A DNA stretch of 64,000 nt from Sphaerodactylus townsendi (GCF_021028975.2 NC_059431.1:103230001-103294000), one strand, 5' to 3'. Counted from the first letter of the stretch, positions 1 through 13,084 are shown. Notes: generated from the letters alone by a model not told the origin. Made by a program: numbers and translations.

Positions 1-215
1 TACCCCACTTTCCCAATGGGAACCCAAAGCGACTTGCATCATTCTTATCCCCTCCATTTAACCCTCACAACAATCCTATGAGGTAGGTTAGGTGGAGAGT
101 TTGTGGCTGCCCCAAGATCACTTAGGACACTTCCATGGCAGAAGGGGGGGGGGTGTCAATCCTGGGTCTCCTAGATACTAGTTCAACACTCCAACCTCTA
201 CACCACACTGTCTCC
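1..215 (-). mobile_element. Older SINE of the same superfamily; further copies at about 1182-1415, 2535-2730, 6975-7130, 39915-40200, 43345-43530, 63714-63905
   Basis: Shared CCTCACAACAA.CCT.TGAGGTAGGTTAGG and CTTCCATGGCAGA motifs. Confidence 0.65.
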
Positions 216-2936
216 TATGGGTTTACTAGAGTCAGAGAATGACTATTAAACCAGTTAAAACTACAGCATAGTCATAACCCATATTACTGTATCTTGTCCC
301 TCCCTTATAGATTGGAACTGTGGCTTTCATTTGTAAATGAAATTCAGAACAATGTTCTCGTGAGAAACTGGTTTGCCTGGGGCCAAGGAAACAACGTGTC
401 TGCCCCCAAGGTTAATCCATGAGCTACTAACTAGATGGTCATTAAAAGGTCAGGGCTTTGCAGATCAGCAGCTTTTCAAGGAAAGAGGTCCGAGACAGTG
501 TCAAGATAAGCTCTCTCAGTTAAGGGAAAATGCATTATTATGTAAAGGCACTGGCATCCTCAGAAATTATTAGTTGTGATCCTTCTTTCAACTCTGACTG
601 ATTCAATTAAATTGTAAGACTCTCCGTTAAAGTATTTGGCCTTCAGTGAGTTTTTAAAAACGAAATCAAACATTAGACGCTTTACAATGAAAAATGCACT
701 GAGATTGTAACCAAGCGATGTCTTAGGAATGTTGGAAAACGGCAAACACTTTATTAGAAAGCAGCATCTTTGTAACGAATTAAAATAGCTTATTATGGAT
801 GGGATGAACATTAACCACTTGAGATGTGTAGGTGACGCCAACATTAGTGGCAGGAAATGGTGAAGACTTGAAACAACTATCAATGGAGGTTAAGGCAAAA
901 AGGCCAAAGCTGGATTATAGCTGAACGTCAAGGAGACAAAAGTAACGTCTGCAGAGAAATTGCACAATTTTAAGACTGATGACACTAATCGAACGCTATG
1001 GCTGTCTGGAGTACCCAGGTCGGACCTACGTCGAACTAAGGTCGAATCCTACAGTGCGGAGGGGCCCTTGCTTGTGTCTTAACTCATATGAAATGTGACA
1101 GTTCAGACACAAAATAGCAGGGCTAGATGAAAGGCCTGGGGTGCAAAACTGAGCCCCAGCTCTCTAACTTTTATTTAAAAGTGAGCCAGAGTGGTTTAAT
1201 AGTCAGAGTGTCAGACTAGAATCTGGGAGATTCAGGTTTGACTCCCTGATCTGCCATGGAAGTTTGATGGGTGACCCTAAAGGAGTCACACATGCTCAAC
1301 CTGACTACCTCATAGGGTGGTTATGGGGATAAAATGGAGAACAAGAGAAAGAAGCTGCCAGTCACTTTGGGACCCCAATGTGGGCAAAAGCAGGGTATAA
1401 GTACCAAAATAAATTTTATTTTATTTAAAAACACCAATGACCTTTGGACGGGAGTGGTGGCCGTACCTGTATGCAGTAGGGTATAATTTACAAATGCAGA
1501 AACAAGAAATACAGAAAGTCCATCTCATTATAAATGGGAAGTACTAGCAGGAGTCCAAGACTTCATTGAGGGATTATGTTAAATGCTAGCAAAAACAGCA
1601 AGGCAACATTTCCCACCAGTAACATATAGCAATGCTCTTTTGAAATAACAAATGAATCACCATTTAAAAGGTCATGCTATGTGTGGAGTGTCTCCCAGTA
1701 ACTGGTCTTCTTCAAACTTGGTTGGCTTCCTTTTAATCAGAATGAATTAGATAACAGGCCCTGTCAGACAGGGACTAATCCCATTCAGAGTAGGGACATG
1801 CTAATAATAGGTTAATACAGATCAAGACACTGTTGCCGCAACATCAGCCACCAGAGTCCAGTTCACAAAAGAGAGGTGGCTCTCTGGTATTGCTAAAGCC
1901 CTGCCGCTCTTCCCTGCATCCCACTCCTAGTATTTCTGAATGCTCTTATCAGTTAAAACTGGCAGGTGTCTCCCAAGCAGTGAGAAGAAACACTCCTACA
2001 TTTTTGACATTCATATTGTGTGACTTCTCTTGAGTCACAACAGAGAAGGTTGGTGCAAAGTAAATGAATAAATGCGCCAACCCTCTCTGTTTCATCCTGT
2101 CAAGTTTGTAATCACCCAACGGCTCCAGTAGTGAAGAGCTACTCTGCTTCTACACCAGTAGTATAAGAAGCCGCCTACAACTGACCATTTGACAAGCGAC
2201 TACTATGTGTTTCCAACAAAGGGTGTTTTGACTCTTAAAAGCTCATACCCCCCAAAAAATTCTTGGCCTACAAGGCTTCTAAAGTCCTACTGAACTCAAA
2301 TCTAGCATGTCCATCCCACTAGTCCTGTTCCCAAGTTATAGTGAATGTGTGTTTAATACATGAAGAGAGTGCACTTGCTTTTTCTCTATGTGTGTTGAGT
2401 AATTTTCATATTATGTTCAATGCATGCAAAGCCAAAGGTATCATTCAAACCCACATTTACCCAGGTAGTAGTCATTGGTAAAGTGAGCATGTGTTGTCTC
2501 TTTTTTTTTTACAATGTATGCACATACGTTATCTATTATCATTTATTTCATTTATACTTCGTCTTTTTTCCCAAAGGGGGCCCAAAGCGCCTTATATTAT
2601 TGTTCTCCTCTCCTCCATTTTATCTTCACACTCACCCTGTGAGGTAGGTTAGGCTGAGATCACACCCAGCAAGCTTCCATGGCAGAGTGGAGATTTGAAC
2701 ATGGGTCTCCCACATCCTAGTCTGACACCTTTAGAGACCAAAGCACTGCAAAGATTATGGCATCTCCCCCACCCACCCATACACTGTATATGTAATAAAA
2801 TAAAAACAATAGAAAACTGTAAAATTTACTATGAATAAATATCATTATTTGCACAAAACAAAACACCATTTTTAGCCTGAAACATTGCAAACAGTCCAGT
2901 TATTCACCAAGTCAGCAGTGTTAAAAACAAGTAGGG

Positions 2937-3324
2937 CAGAGGTGGGATCCAGCAGGTTCTCACAGGTTCCCGAGAGTAGGTTACTAATTATTTGTGTGTG
3001 CCGAGAGGGGGTTACTAATTGGTGATTTTGCCACGTGATTTTTGCCTTAGTTATGCTCCTCCTCTCAGCAGTAGCACACAGAACTTGAAGCAGTCTAGTA
3101 GGAGGTGCACCTACGTGGCAGCTTGCACCAACGTGCATTCGTTTCCCGCCCAAGGACCGGTGCAGTGGCTGCGTCCTTGCCACAGCCCCGCCCAGGAATA
3201 CCCTGCCCCCGGAATGCCCGGCCACGCCCCCAGAATGCCCCGCCCAGCCCCATTGGCGCTATGCCACAGTTTGAATCCCACCACCATGGGAACCTGTTAC
3301 TAAAATTTTTGGATCCCACCACTG
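2937..3324. mobile_element. Non-autonomous hAT MITE (CAGTGGTGGGAT family)
   Basis: TIRs CAGAGGTGGGATCC / GGATCCCACCACTG, 8-bp TSD AAGTAGGG. Confidence 0.9.
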
Positions 3325-4193
3325 AAGTAGGGCATGAAAAGTTTATTGCAGCTATGGTATAGGAGACAGATACTTCCTTAATGTGACATGAAAGATATAG
3401 AATGCATAGTAATAAAAGAACATTGGTCAATTCAGTCCATTAAAACTGATCTATAGGATTGTGATAAATAAAGAAATATTGCTTTTTCAATATATATCAT
3501 TGGGAATGAAATATGGGTTTATATGTATCCCTATAACCTAGTGTGTTAGAGGTAAATTGTATTTTACTTTCTTGCTTGCCTTATAGAAGAAGCTAAATAG
3601 ACTAATGTTGAGAGGTCAAACGGGCAAAGAGTGGGTTGTGCAGTAGGAAACGCCAAACCGCATAGCCAGCTTATCTAGAAGGTATATTGGAAAAATGAAC
3701 AAAGAAGTCGCAAGACATATTAACCACAAAAGTATAGAAAAACAAGTCTTAGACTAGTAGAGGCAGAAGCTGTGCGCTGGGGAAGGGGTGTGAAAGGGAG
3801 TTTTTTTGAGTGGGTGCTAGAAAAGAACAAAGGTGACCTTTCCAACAGGCAGATAGAAGAGGTAATAAGTGGAAAGTTGAGAACAATTCTTGGAAGTGGA
3901 AGGCCAAATCTGGTATCAGGAGGGGACAGAGACAGTAATGTCTTAAACAAAAGGGAATGTAGTGGACCATGCCTTAGTCTGTAAACCCTTGGCCCTCCCA
4001 GTGAGAGTCAAGGGGAGGGAGAACGCCCACTCATCTGAAGGGAATATATGCATGATGTTTGTGACTGTTAGGTGCGCCTCTCTCTGTTGACAGACGCCCG
4101 TTGCTTGCAAGAAACGTATCTTAAATAAACTTTGCTGATTCTTCACCAAGCTTTGCCCAAATTCTTTAAAGGTCTTAGACAAATTCTTTAAAG

Positions 4194-4782
4194 TGTAAGA
4201 CATGTGTTTCTGTCAGGACATTCATTAAAAGCTAGCTGATATCCACCAGAATGCTGTTTCTTAGGAGAAACAATTAAATGGGGGCAAAATTTGAGCAACC
4301 TTTGTCTGTAACACACGTAAAAGCTCCCAAAAGGTGAAACAGTGTCAGGTGAAACAGTGTCAGGCCTGGCTTCTGCCTTGCTTGGCATTGGCTGGCCAGG
4401 TCACACCTGAACTTGCTGTTATCTGTCTATGTTAATTTGCCTTTTCTATTCTAATCACTGTGGTTAGTAACACAGTGAATCAGGCTTCCTCACCCCTGCC
4501 CCCATCCGGGCCTGGAGTGAAGTCTATGGCATGTCCTTGAGATTCTCCAGTCCCATAACAAAGCTGTTCCCACCTCGTTATTCTGTTGTTCTGTTAAACA
4601 GATGGGTGGGGAGGGGGGGGGGGTAGGGCAAGCGGGAAAATATTTGAGATAAATGAGGCTGCAGAAACCAGGTTCTGTAGCTCTGGCTTTCTGCAGCGAT
4701 GGTAACTGACATGGTTCAATAAAAGCTACTGAATTATTCCAGAGTCTCAAATATTGACTGTTGTCAAGACAAGAACCTTACA
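4194..4782 (+). mobile_element. Possible solo LTR (a second LTR-like block at about 3460-4190)
   Basis: TGTAAG...CTTACA ends, AATAAA 4718-4723; no TSD. Confidence 0.4.
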
Positions 4783-5482
4783 AACAGTCCCTAAACACCA
4801 TGAAAGGTTAGCAACTCTGGACTGGTGATTTCCTTCTGAAGAGAAACCAGAGTAAATTTTTGAACGTCTTCCTCTCCCAAAGGAAAGGGCAACTTGACAA
4901 AACTAGGGTATTAGTTCTTTTGGCTGCAAAAGAATTGGTTGCCAAGTTCCGAAATCATGCTATGAGGCTTCATCAAGCTAGCCTTGGGGTGAGCTGACTT
5001 AGATGCTAAGTCCTTACAGGAGCCAGACTAAAGTAAGCCAGCTGCAAGAGGGAATTACACTAGTGAAAGGGAGGCTGGATTAAACAGAGAGGTTGCAGCT
5101 GAGCTAGCTTGTGGCAGCAACATTGTGGTTCAGAGTAGCCACCTGCTGCTTTAAATCTAAAAATATACGGTTAGTTTCAACAGGCAAGCAGGTACAGAAT
5201 AAAGGCACCTATCTAACTTTTGCCCAGGATCTTGCAAATAGAGTGTTTCTTGCAAAAAGCACAGGACATCTCAGGTTGCCTCTTGTCTGTCCCGCAACAA
5301 AGTTCCTGCAGTTAGTGTGAATTATGTCCTCAGGAAGATCATCATATTTACCTTTCCACCTGAGCATACTCATTGCCACAGGTACAGTAGCTTCTTTAGA
5401 TTGCAATCACTGTGCTATGGCGCCACCTAACGGCATACAGTAAGAAGTGAAATCATGCCCCAGGGCACACATGAGGACAAAG

Positions 5483-6300
5483 TTTTGTTTTGTTTTTTTA
5501 AAAAACCTTTTAAAAATTATTTTACCAACCAAAAAAATACAGAAGAAGAAAAGGATTAAAAAGCAAAACAAACATAACAATCGTAACAGTCTTCACAGAT
5601 GTAAGATAATTATCAACACATAATCTTATATAGGTCAAACTATATCAAAATAATCTATGTTATTAATAAGTATAAATGGATCTGCATTCAAGATCTTATG
5701 AATAAAAGAATAAGCTAACATTAACTGGTATACTGAATAAAAGTTGCCTTAACGGTCAGTCGAACTAATTCTATCTGTAATTTTGTTTGTTTTTTTAAAA
5801 AATAATAACAAATGCATATAGTTACACATACAAAAAATTGCAATAATCCAAACAGTCTGTATTCTAGTTTGGTTCTTAGAGTGGTACATATACTTGAATT
5901 ACAATTGGTATACATACATGAAAACTGTGGACGATCTCCCATCTTATGTGCTAACCTGCCCCTCATATGCAGAACCCAAGAATAAATATACTGAACAGAT
6001 TGTAATGACTTCCAGCTAAATGCAGCTAATTTAACTTTAATAAATATCCTCTTTACTTCAGGCCTTCAGTGTATGACCTCCATGGTCTCAGCATCAATAC
6101 CACATCTGGCCATGCTAGAGAACTCTTACATTTTATCTTCCCAATTCTCCTTGTCAGGAAATTTTTCCATTTTCCAACTGGTTGCAACTGAAAATCTGGC
6201 TGAGGTTAATGAGTACAAAAAAAGTTCTTGTAATTTTGTCAGCAACTTTTTGGAGAATGTCATTGAGGCTGTGTTTGTGTGTAAATCTGAGTGTCAGCGT
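5483..6300 (-). mobile_element. Degraded L1/Tx1-like LINE 3' portion
   Basis: T-rich tail; minus-strand remnants such as SIFILG and KLAAFSWK resemble the L1 ORF2 C-terminus. Confidence 0.45.
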
Positions 6301-8331
6301 GGAAAAAATGCAGGGATAAAACATTTTTAAGTTGACTATCCACTAACCTATGCTAACCTGAGCAAGGCTGTAATTGATAGGTTGTTTTGGAGGACATGAT
6401 TCATAAGACCACCATGAGTCAGAAGTAACTTGATGGCTGCCTTTAAAGTTACAGGAACAATGCTAGGACAACAAAAGTAACCAGCCAAGCCTGTGGAAAT
6501 TGAGATGTTGAGACTTCATTTTTAGAACCTCCTACAATTCATTCACAAGAAGAGAGCCCTGTAAAGCAGACCCTACACACTCTTCACTGACTTGTAATGG
6601 TCTTTTCACGGGGAAAAATCCCATAATTAGACACTTTTTGAGGGTTGGAGTTGGTCCATATTTGAATTTGACTGGGTAACTTGAAGGTAACCGCTTTAAA
6701 AACCTGGCTGGAAGATTACAAGGGAAATACCTAACGTTCCGAGTTGGGCCAATCCTCACACAGTTTACGATTTGAATAAAGGACCAGGAGTGAGTAAAAG
6801 AAATGGCTTGGTGGTGTCCATGGCTTTAATAGTTTTCTTCTAGTCTGCCATTTTGTGCCTTTCTCTGGTGCTTCTCTCACACTTTCAGTGAGTACTTGAA
6901 TTACCTCATTTCTCTATTCTAAGCCACTCCTTAAACTGACTTATGTTTTGTTCAAGCATCTTACTTATCTAGATATCTATGACCCACTTTTCATACAAAT
7001 GAGGACCTGGGAAGTGGCTTACAACGTAATTCTCCCCTCTTCCATTTGATCCCAGCAATAATTCTGTGAAGCAGGTTACACGGACTGACTGGGTCAAGTT
7101 TCCATGGAAGAGTGGCAATTTGGAGTCTCCCAAATCAGCTACTGCAGGGTTACTGCTACTGCAATTGGCCATGCTGGCAAGGGCTGATGGGAATTGTAGT
7201 CCATGAACATCTGGAGAGCCACAGGTTGCAGACCCCTGAGCTACTGCCACCAAGCTGGGTCTTCTGCTTGCATGTTGATTTCCTGCAGTCTCTCATTCTT
7301 TTTACCGTTTCCTTTTGTTTCTTCTTTGGTCTGCTACCAACTGTCCTCTGCCTTCTCCTCCTGCCTTTCATCCACCTCCCTTCCCTGTTGCTTAGAACAA
7401 CTTCTATATCACTCGCTTCATCCTGTGTAAATCTCTAAAGATTTATACTCCTGGCTCAAGCTTTCTGCATGCAGTTTGCTTCCTGAATCCCGTCCACTTC
7501 TCAGCTTTATTCATTGTCCACCATGTCTCCTCTTTGACAGTAAGCATCTGGACAGAGACCAATTATACGTGTCGAAGCCACACACCAATTTTCTAGCTAA
7601 ACAACTGTGACCTGGGATGGTAAGACTCAGGTCAGGTAATCCACCAACTTCTGTTTTGCTGCTCAAGTCTGACACGATTTCTTGGCAGGTCTGTGTGTAA
7701 TATGGATACTAGCAATTTGAGAAGTGTACAGGATATGGTGCTTTATCCATGGAAATGCGAGAAGCATGAAATGCAAGCAATCCTGGTAGGCTTGGGAAAA
7801 CTTTTGTTTATTTAGCATTTCTGACTTTCAGCAACAGCTCTCTTTGCATCTGTAGGAACAGCGCTCAATCCAATTTTCTGTCTATCACCCACCATTTCAA
7901 GGGACCGCATTTAACAACCTATTCCCCTTCTTTCAAAGACTGGGAGCAGAACCAGAGAATTGTATATAACTTTATTGTAAAAGTGGATTAAAGTAACATT
8001 TTATTACATTTCATCTAATTATGAATGCTTAAGCAGAGCAGCTTTTGGCTAGCGCTACTACCATTGACCCCTTGTTCCCACTCCAAGTGCTACAGGGTAT
8101 TTTTTTTAGTTTTTATGAATAAATACAAGGCAAGACTAACTTCATTTTTCTAAATGGTGGTCTTATTTGGCTGGCAGTCTTATGGGGCATACATGTAAAT
8201 TTGCACTTTACACAAGAAATCTGAAAGGTCTAGTTCACAAAGAGTTTATTGAAACAAATGGTTTGGTGAAGACCACAGATTATCTTCTTCAGAAGTTCCA
8301 GACAAAGTTGAAATGGATGATCAAGTTAGAT

Positions 8332-8357
8332 TTATTTCAGTATTGTATCTTCATTAG
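8332..8357 (-). CDS. ATP5ME: ATP5ME coding exon 4
   Basis: ccttttcag|ANEDTILK*. Confidence 0.93.
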
Positions 8358-11300
8358 CTGAAAAGGAAAGAAAGGGACAACTGAGTTCACCATCCAGTGA
8401 TTCACTCTGGATACACTGAAATGGCTTTAAAAAGCCCATTTAACCAAGGTTGTACCAAGCATATTGCTGAAAGCCATTTCCACAGTTTACTAACTGATAG
8501 TACCGAGTACATCAGAACTCCTTTCCCCCATCAAAGACACCCACATCCTGTGTTTTAGTAATATATGGCTCACGGAGATGTCAGTCTCCAGCCAGCAAGC
8601 CATTCTGTTTCATCAGGAGTGACTAGGGCATTTGATCACTCCCGGTGCACATTTATGTATGTTTCAATTTATATCCACTGCCCCCCACTACAATGAGGTT
8701 CGCAGCAGGTAATATTTGAAACCAAGATGCAGCAGAATTAACCAGAATGACTGTTAGGAATGAGAGCTAGAGGAGATCATGCAGCTATATAGCAGGCAGT
8801 CTTCTATTTGGATGGAAGTTGGGTCTCTCAGGGATTTTAATTTATTTCTTAAAGTATATGAGTGGTTCTTTCATGACACAGAGTTCAAAAACTGCTTCCA
8901 CAACAGTATTATCATCTAATTCGAAGTTCAAAGAATGCCTCTGGAATTCTGAGGCTACCGATCGTCAGGACAGTTCCAACCATTTAACAATTACTTAATT
9001 TAAGACATCAATATGCCCACCTTTCTCTTCAGCATCTTAAGACCCAAAATGGGTCAAAATGTACATCGCTACAAGGAGACTCAACTTACCTACATACTGA
9101 TGCAAAATAGACTCTTTCTTGGAGTAAGCCCCATTGAATAATATGAGATGTACTTCTAAATATACTTGCTTAGGATTGCTTCCTGAGAAATCCTGGAATG
9201 TGCGTTGAGGGATACTGTGCTTTGAGGAAAAAATGAACTGCGTTTTCAAAATAAGAATGAGTACATAAGAAAAATACCTTCTGCCAGTGCTTTTGCGATG
9301 CGCTCCAATTCTTCACGCTTTTTCTTCTCTTGCTCTTCTATTCTTCTTTCCTCTGCAGCAATAGGTTTCAAGTAATCTGCCATTAAAGCAATTCACAAAT
9401 GTTTGGTCAATAGAAGGTTTCCTTGCTAAAGCAGGATGTGGGTGTCTTTGATGCAGAGTTATCTCAGCCAAGGACTGGAGTAATTATACAATGGATTCTT
9501 CTGCCAGTCTTGAAGAAGCTGCATCACACACTAGTCAACTACAGAATCCTTCACTTCCAACTCATTAAAGACTAAAACGTCTTACAGAACATACAGAGAT
9601 ACATCAGATGGAGTCTTGGAAGAGCAGCAGCTATTTAGACAGGCTCATAGTTTACAACCAGAGTTTTTGAGCTACATTTTAGAATACTTGGCAGTTATGC
9701 TAGAGCCCAGTTAAAGTTACAAGAAGAATATCAAATCACTAGGTTCCAGCATGGTGTAGTCATTAGGAGCAGTGGACTCTAATCTGGAGAACCAGGTTTG
9801 TTTCCACACTCCTCCACATGAGCGGCAGACTCATATCTCGTAGACCAGATTTGTTTCCCTGCTCCTGCACATGAAGCACGCTGGGTGACCTTGGGCTAGT
9901 CACAGTTCTTTAGAACTCTCCCAGCTCCACCTAACTCACAAAGTGTGTGCTGTGGAGAGAAAAAGGGAAATTAGTTTGTAAGATGCCTTGAGTCTCCTTA
10001 CAGGAGAGAAAGGTGGGGTATAAATTAAAACCCCTCTTCCAGGGGCTGAGATACCACAAGCCCTCAGAACGCATAACCAAGCAAAAGATACATTGAAATG
10101 AACACTGCCAAAACTTATTTATATACATACTGCAATGTAAAGTAATGTTGTCAGAACTGCATTTTATTTTGCTTGTGCAAAAACTCATTAGAGATGCACA
10201 CCATAGAGACACATACCATCATGAAAAATTCAAATTCATATGCTTACGCGTATTTCAAATCAGAAAACAAGCTAATAGACATCCAGCAGCCAAGAACTTT
10301 TGGCAGTGACTTGTGCCAAAAAATGAATGGGCTAATTGTCACCCAATGCAGTATTTCCTTCCCCCCAAAAGTGGTCATGAACACTTCACATCAGATTCTT
10401 CACAAGCCAAACCTGGATGTGAATACCTGCTGCAAGGTGACAAGAGGGAAAATGTGGCTGTATCTGCATGTCTGGAGATTCAGAAATTCCAACACATTAC
10501 AGCTATTACATGAAAGACAACTATACAGTTGAAAGACAGTTAAGGCAAAGGCTAAGGATCTGAAGATGAGCAAAAGCTCACTCAGAAGATGTTTACATAA
10601 GACTTGTCTTTAGTCACTTACCATATCTTGCCTTTCCATAGATCATTCCAAGTAGCAATGCCGAGTACCTGGTGAACTGAAAAATAGAGTGCAGGCATAT
10701 TAAACTCCTATATAGCCAAGTCCACAAAGTATTCTGTTTTCTAGTACACAGAATTTAGAGAGGGCCCTGTACCTCCAAAAAAAAATATTCAGATTTAAGT
10801 TTTTAAAATTGAAAATCAAACTTTGAAGTCTAGGAACGATCCACAACTGAAGACCAAGTAGAAGTATCATTCCATATGAGTTTAGAATCTGCACCCTAGA
10901 ATGCAGAGTCCCTATTAGGAAAGCCACTTAGGAACAAGAAGTTATCTTACACATAATTCTCAGGCAGCAGCCATGGAACGAAGACCTGTAGTTTAGCAGG
11001 GTCCACACTCAGGCCGTTTCCGCACGGCCCAAATATGACGCCTTAGGGACGGGCAAAAATGCCATCCCTAAGGCGCCGTTCGCACAGGCGGAGCTGCTGA
11101 AATGCAGCAGCGCTGACCTGGGTTCCCTCCACCTCCCCCAGGGTGGCGTCAGGCCGCCCCAAAAAACCTCCCTCCTGGAGGGAGGTTTTTGAAAAACAGC
11201 GTGTTCCTGCTGGCGCGGTGCGAACGGCACACGCTGTTTTCCCCGTCGTCCCCACCTCACCTCGTTGTCCTGCGTCGCTCTGCCGGACTCCTGAGACCCT

Positions 11301-13070
11301 CCCTCGCTGTCCTCCAACCCCTGGAGGTCAGAGGGCAGCGTGGGCGGGTTTTAGCAGTCCAGCAGGGCGTAAGGGCTGGCTGAAACAGTGAAAGAGGGGG
11401 GGGGGACAGGGAAAGAGGCAACTCAATAATGGAGCAACCTCTCCCAGCGCCGGTAACCTCACGGAGGGCTTCGCGGCGCTCCTGTGCGAAGCGGCCCCCA
11501 CCCCTGCCAGATTCCTGCGGTTTTAGAGCCGCGCTTTCCGCTGGTGGCGGAAGAGACCTCAGATCTGCACTTGTAGCTGACAGCGCTGCAGGAATAACAA
11601 CACAATGTAGGCCTCTCATACCCTTGTCACAAGGGGGAATGTTCCACTGGCTTGGTTTCATAAGAAAAAGAACTGGGGAACATGCTGCTCATGCACCTAT
11701 TTTATGCGGCTTACACTTGCTTAGCTTCAAAGATTCCAGCTAAGCCAGAAGCATTAAAGGAATACACACACAGAGCTGATTACTGTTTTTAAATCACAGA
11801 AAAATCTAACAGGACCAGCATAATCAAATCAAACCTTTCTGGCATCTGATCTTACATTTAAAACCTCTGCCTAGTCAAAGGATACCTGTACTGGAGGATG
11901 GTCCAAATATCACCGATGGTTGACACTCTACAGTACATTTATTGTAAGATAGGAAGCAAATTTAAACAATTGAAATTACCAACCATTTAACAAGCTCATT
12001 ATCTAGTCCAGATTTACATTTTCACAAATTATAACCTGTGCTGATATTTTTAATATAGCTTAGTGACAGTCCTGTGTACAGACAATTCAACAGGGGAAAG
12101 CATACATTCCTGGTAACTCTTATCCAGTTTTACCAAGGTATGGAAAACATTTAAATTGACATGTGGATGGTAAAAAAAACCCTTATCATTTAAATATTTA
12201 CATTCCTAGTTATCCACCCTTAACTTGAACAATAAAATATGCAAAAATAAACTGAATTTGCCACACATTTCTTGCAGCATGAGTCTCCACAAGCCCACTT
12301 CATAAGCTATATTCAGCAGCTACAGAGGGATTTAGACCCACAGCTGCAACCAGCAAGCTAAAATAACGAAAACAGTTCGAAAGAAAATCCACAAGGCCCA
12401 ATTCCACAGGACAAGGTCAGTTCCTAGCTCTATTGCGTTGGTTAACAGGTCTCTCATCCTACTGGTTGCATTCATGCCCAGTGTGCAATCCGCCTTCAGT
12501 CTCAGGCCTCTTCCACAAGTGCAGAATGATGCACTTTCAATTCACTTTCAATGCACTTTGAAGCTGGATTGTACTGCGCAGAATAGCAAAATCCACTTGC
12601 AAACAATTGTGGATGGAAAGTGCATTATTCTGCATGTGCGGAAGGGCCCTCAGTAACAGGTTATTCATTACATGAATAAAAATTACACATCAGAGCACAC
12701 GTGGAAACAAGATGCAGTGAAAAAGCAGAGATGTCACCATCCCCCGACCTCCACCCATTTGGACAAAGAGACTAGCCAGCTGCAATGTAACCAAAGGATG
12801 CATTAGGTGGGTCGGACACTGGGAGCAGCAGCAGCCCTGCAGAACGAGCCTCTCCAAGCCCTGAAAGGCACCGACGGAGCCAGCCAGCCAGGCCGCCGCT
12901 TCCGCTTGACCTCCTCCGCGGTCACCTTGCGGGAATGGAGCAGAGTCCCGGGCCCGCCTCGGTGGCGTTTCTCCAGGAGGCGGGAAAAAAACCCCCACGA
13001 AGTCCCAACGAGATCACGCGGGGGATCCCCTCACCTTGATCAACGGGGAGACCTCCACCGGGGGAATCAT
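8332..13070 (-). CDS. ATP5ME: ATP synthase membrane subunit e, complete spliced CDS (71 aa)
   Basis: join of 13070-13035, 10676-10622, 9376-9278, 8357-8332 = 216 nt, all GT-AG. Translation MIPPVEVSPLIKFTRYSALLLGMIYGKARYDYLKPIAAEERRIEEQEKKKREELERIAKALAEANEDTILK* matches subunit e (VSPLIK, RYSAL, GxxxG, coiled coil). AATAAA on the minus strand at 8250-8245. Confidence 0.97.
8529..9453. other. Perfect 22-bp inverted repeat pair flanking ATP5ME exon 3
   Basis: CATCAAAGACACCCACATCCTG (8529-8550) is the exact reverse complement of 9432-9453. Confidence 0.95.
9278..9376 (-). CDS. ATP5ME: ATP5ME coding exon 3
   Basis: 99 nt, phase 1-1, DYLKPIAAEERR...ALAE. Confidence 0.95.
9743..10040 (+). mobile_element. 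tRNA-derived SINE (Squam3-like)
   Basis: A-box TGGTGTAGT..., GGACTCTAATCTGGAGAACCAGGTTTG, GGGTGACCTTGGGCTAGTCAC body. Confidence 0.8.
10622..10676 (-). CDS. ATP5ME: ATP5ME coding exon 2
   Basis: ttttcag|FTRYSALLLGMIYGKARY|gtaagt, 55 nt. Confidence 0.95.
11012..11558. mobile_element. PIF/Harbinger-type non-autonomous element
   Basis: GGCCGTTTCCGC / GCGGAAGAGACC ends, 3-bp TSD TCA. Confidence 0.7.
12505..12649. mobile_element. Harbinger-type MITE (GCAGAATAATGCAC family)
   Basis: TIRs, TSD TCA. Confidence 0.8.
13035..13070 (-). CDS. ATP5ME: ATP5ME coding exon 1
   Basis: MIPPVEVSPLIK then GTGAGG donor. Confidence 0.95.
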
Positions 13071-13084
13071 CCTGCCTCTCTCGG

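Noticed and set aside
1-8200. PDE6B or other coding exons downstream of ATP5ME
   Set aside because: No recognisable protein similarity in the listed ORFs; the region is mostly SINE, LINE and LTR-like debris.
8512-8615. C/D-box snoRNA in ATP5ME intron 3 (minus-strand TGATGA ... CTGA)
   Set aside because: The C box lacks the leading purine, there is no convincing terminal stem, and I recognise no rRNA or snRNA guide.
11009-11743. Overlapping GC-rich ORFs (also 16710-17047, 24043-24599)
   Set aside because: They fall inside non-autonomous TIR elements; stop-poor because of GC content, with no transposase motifs.
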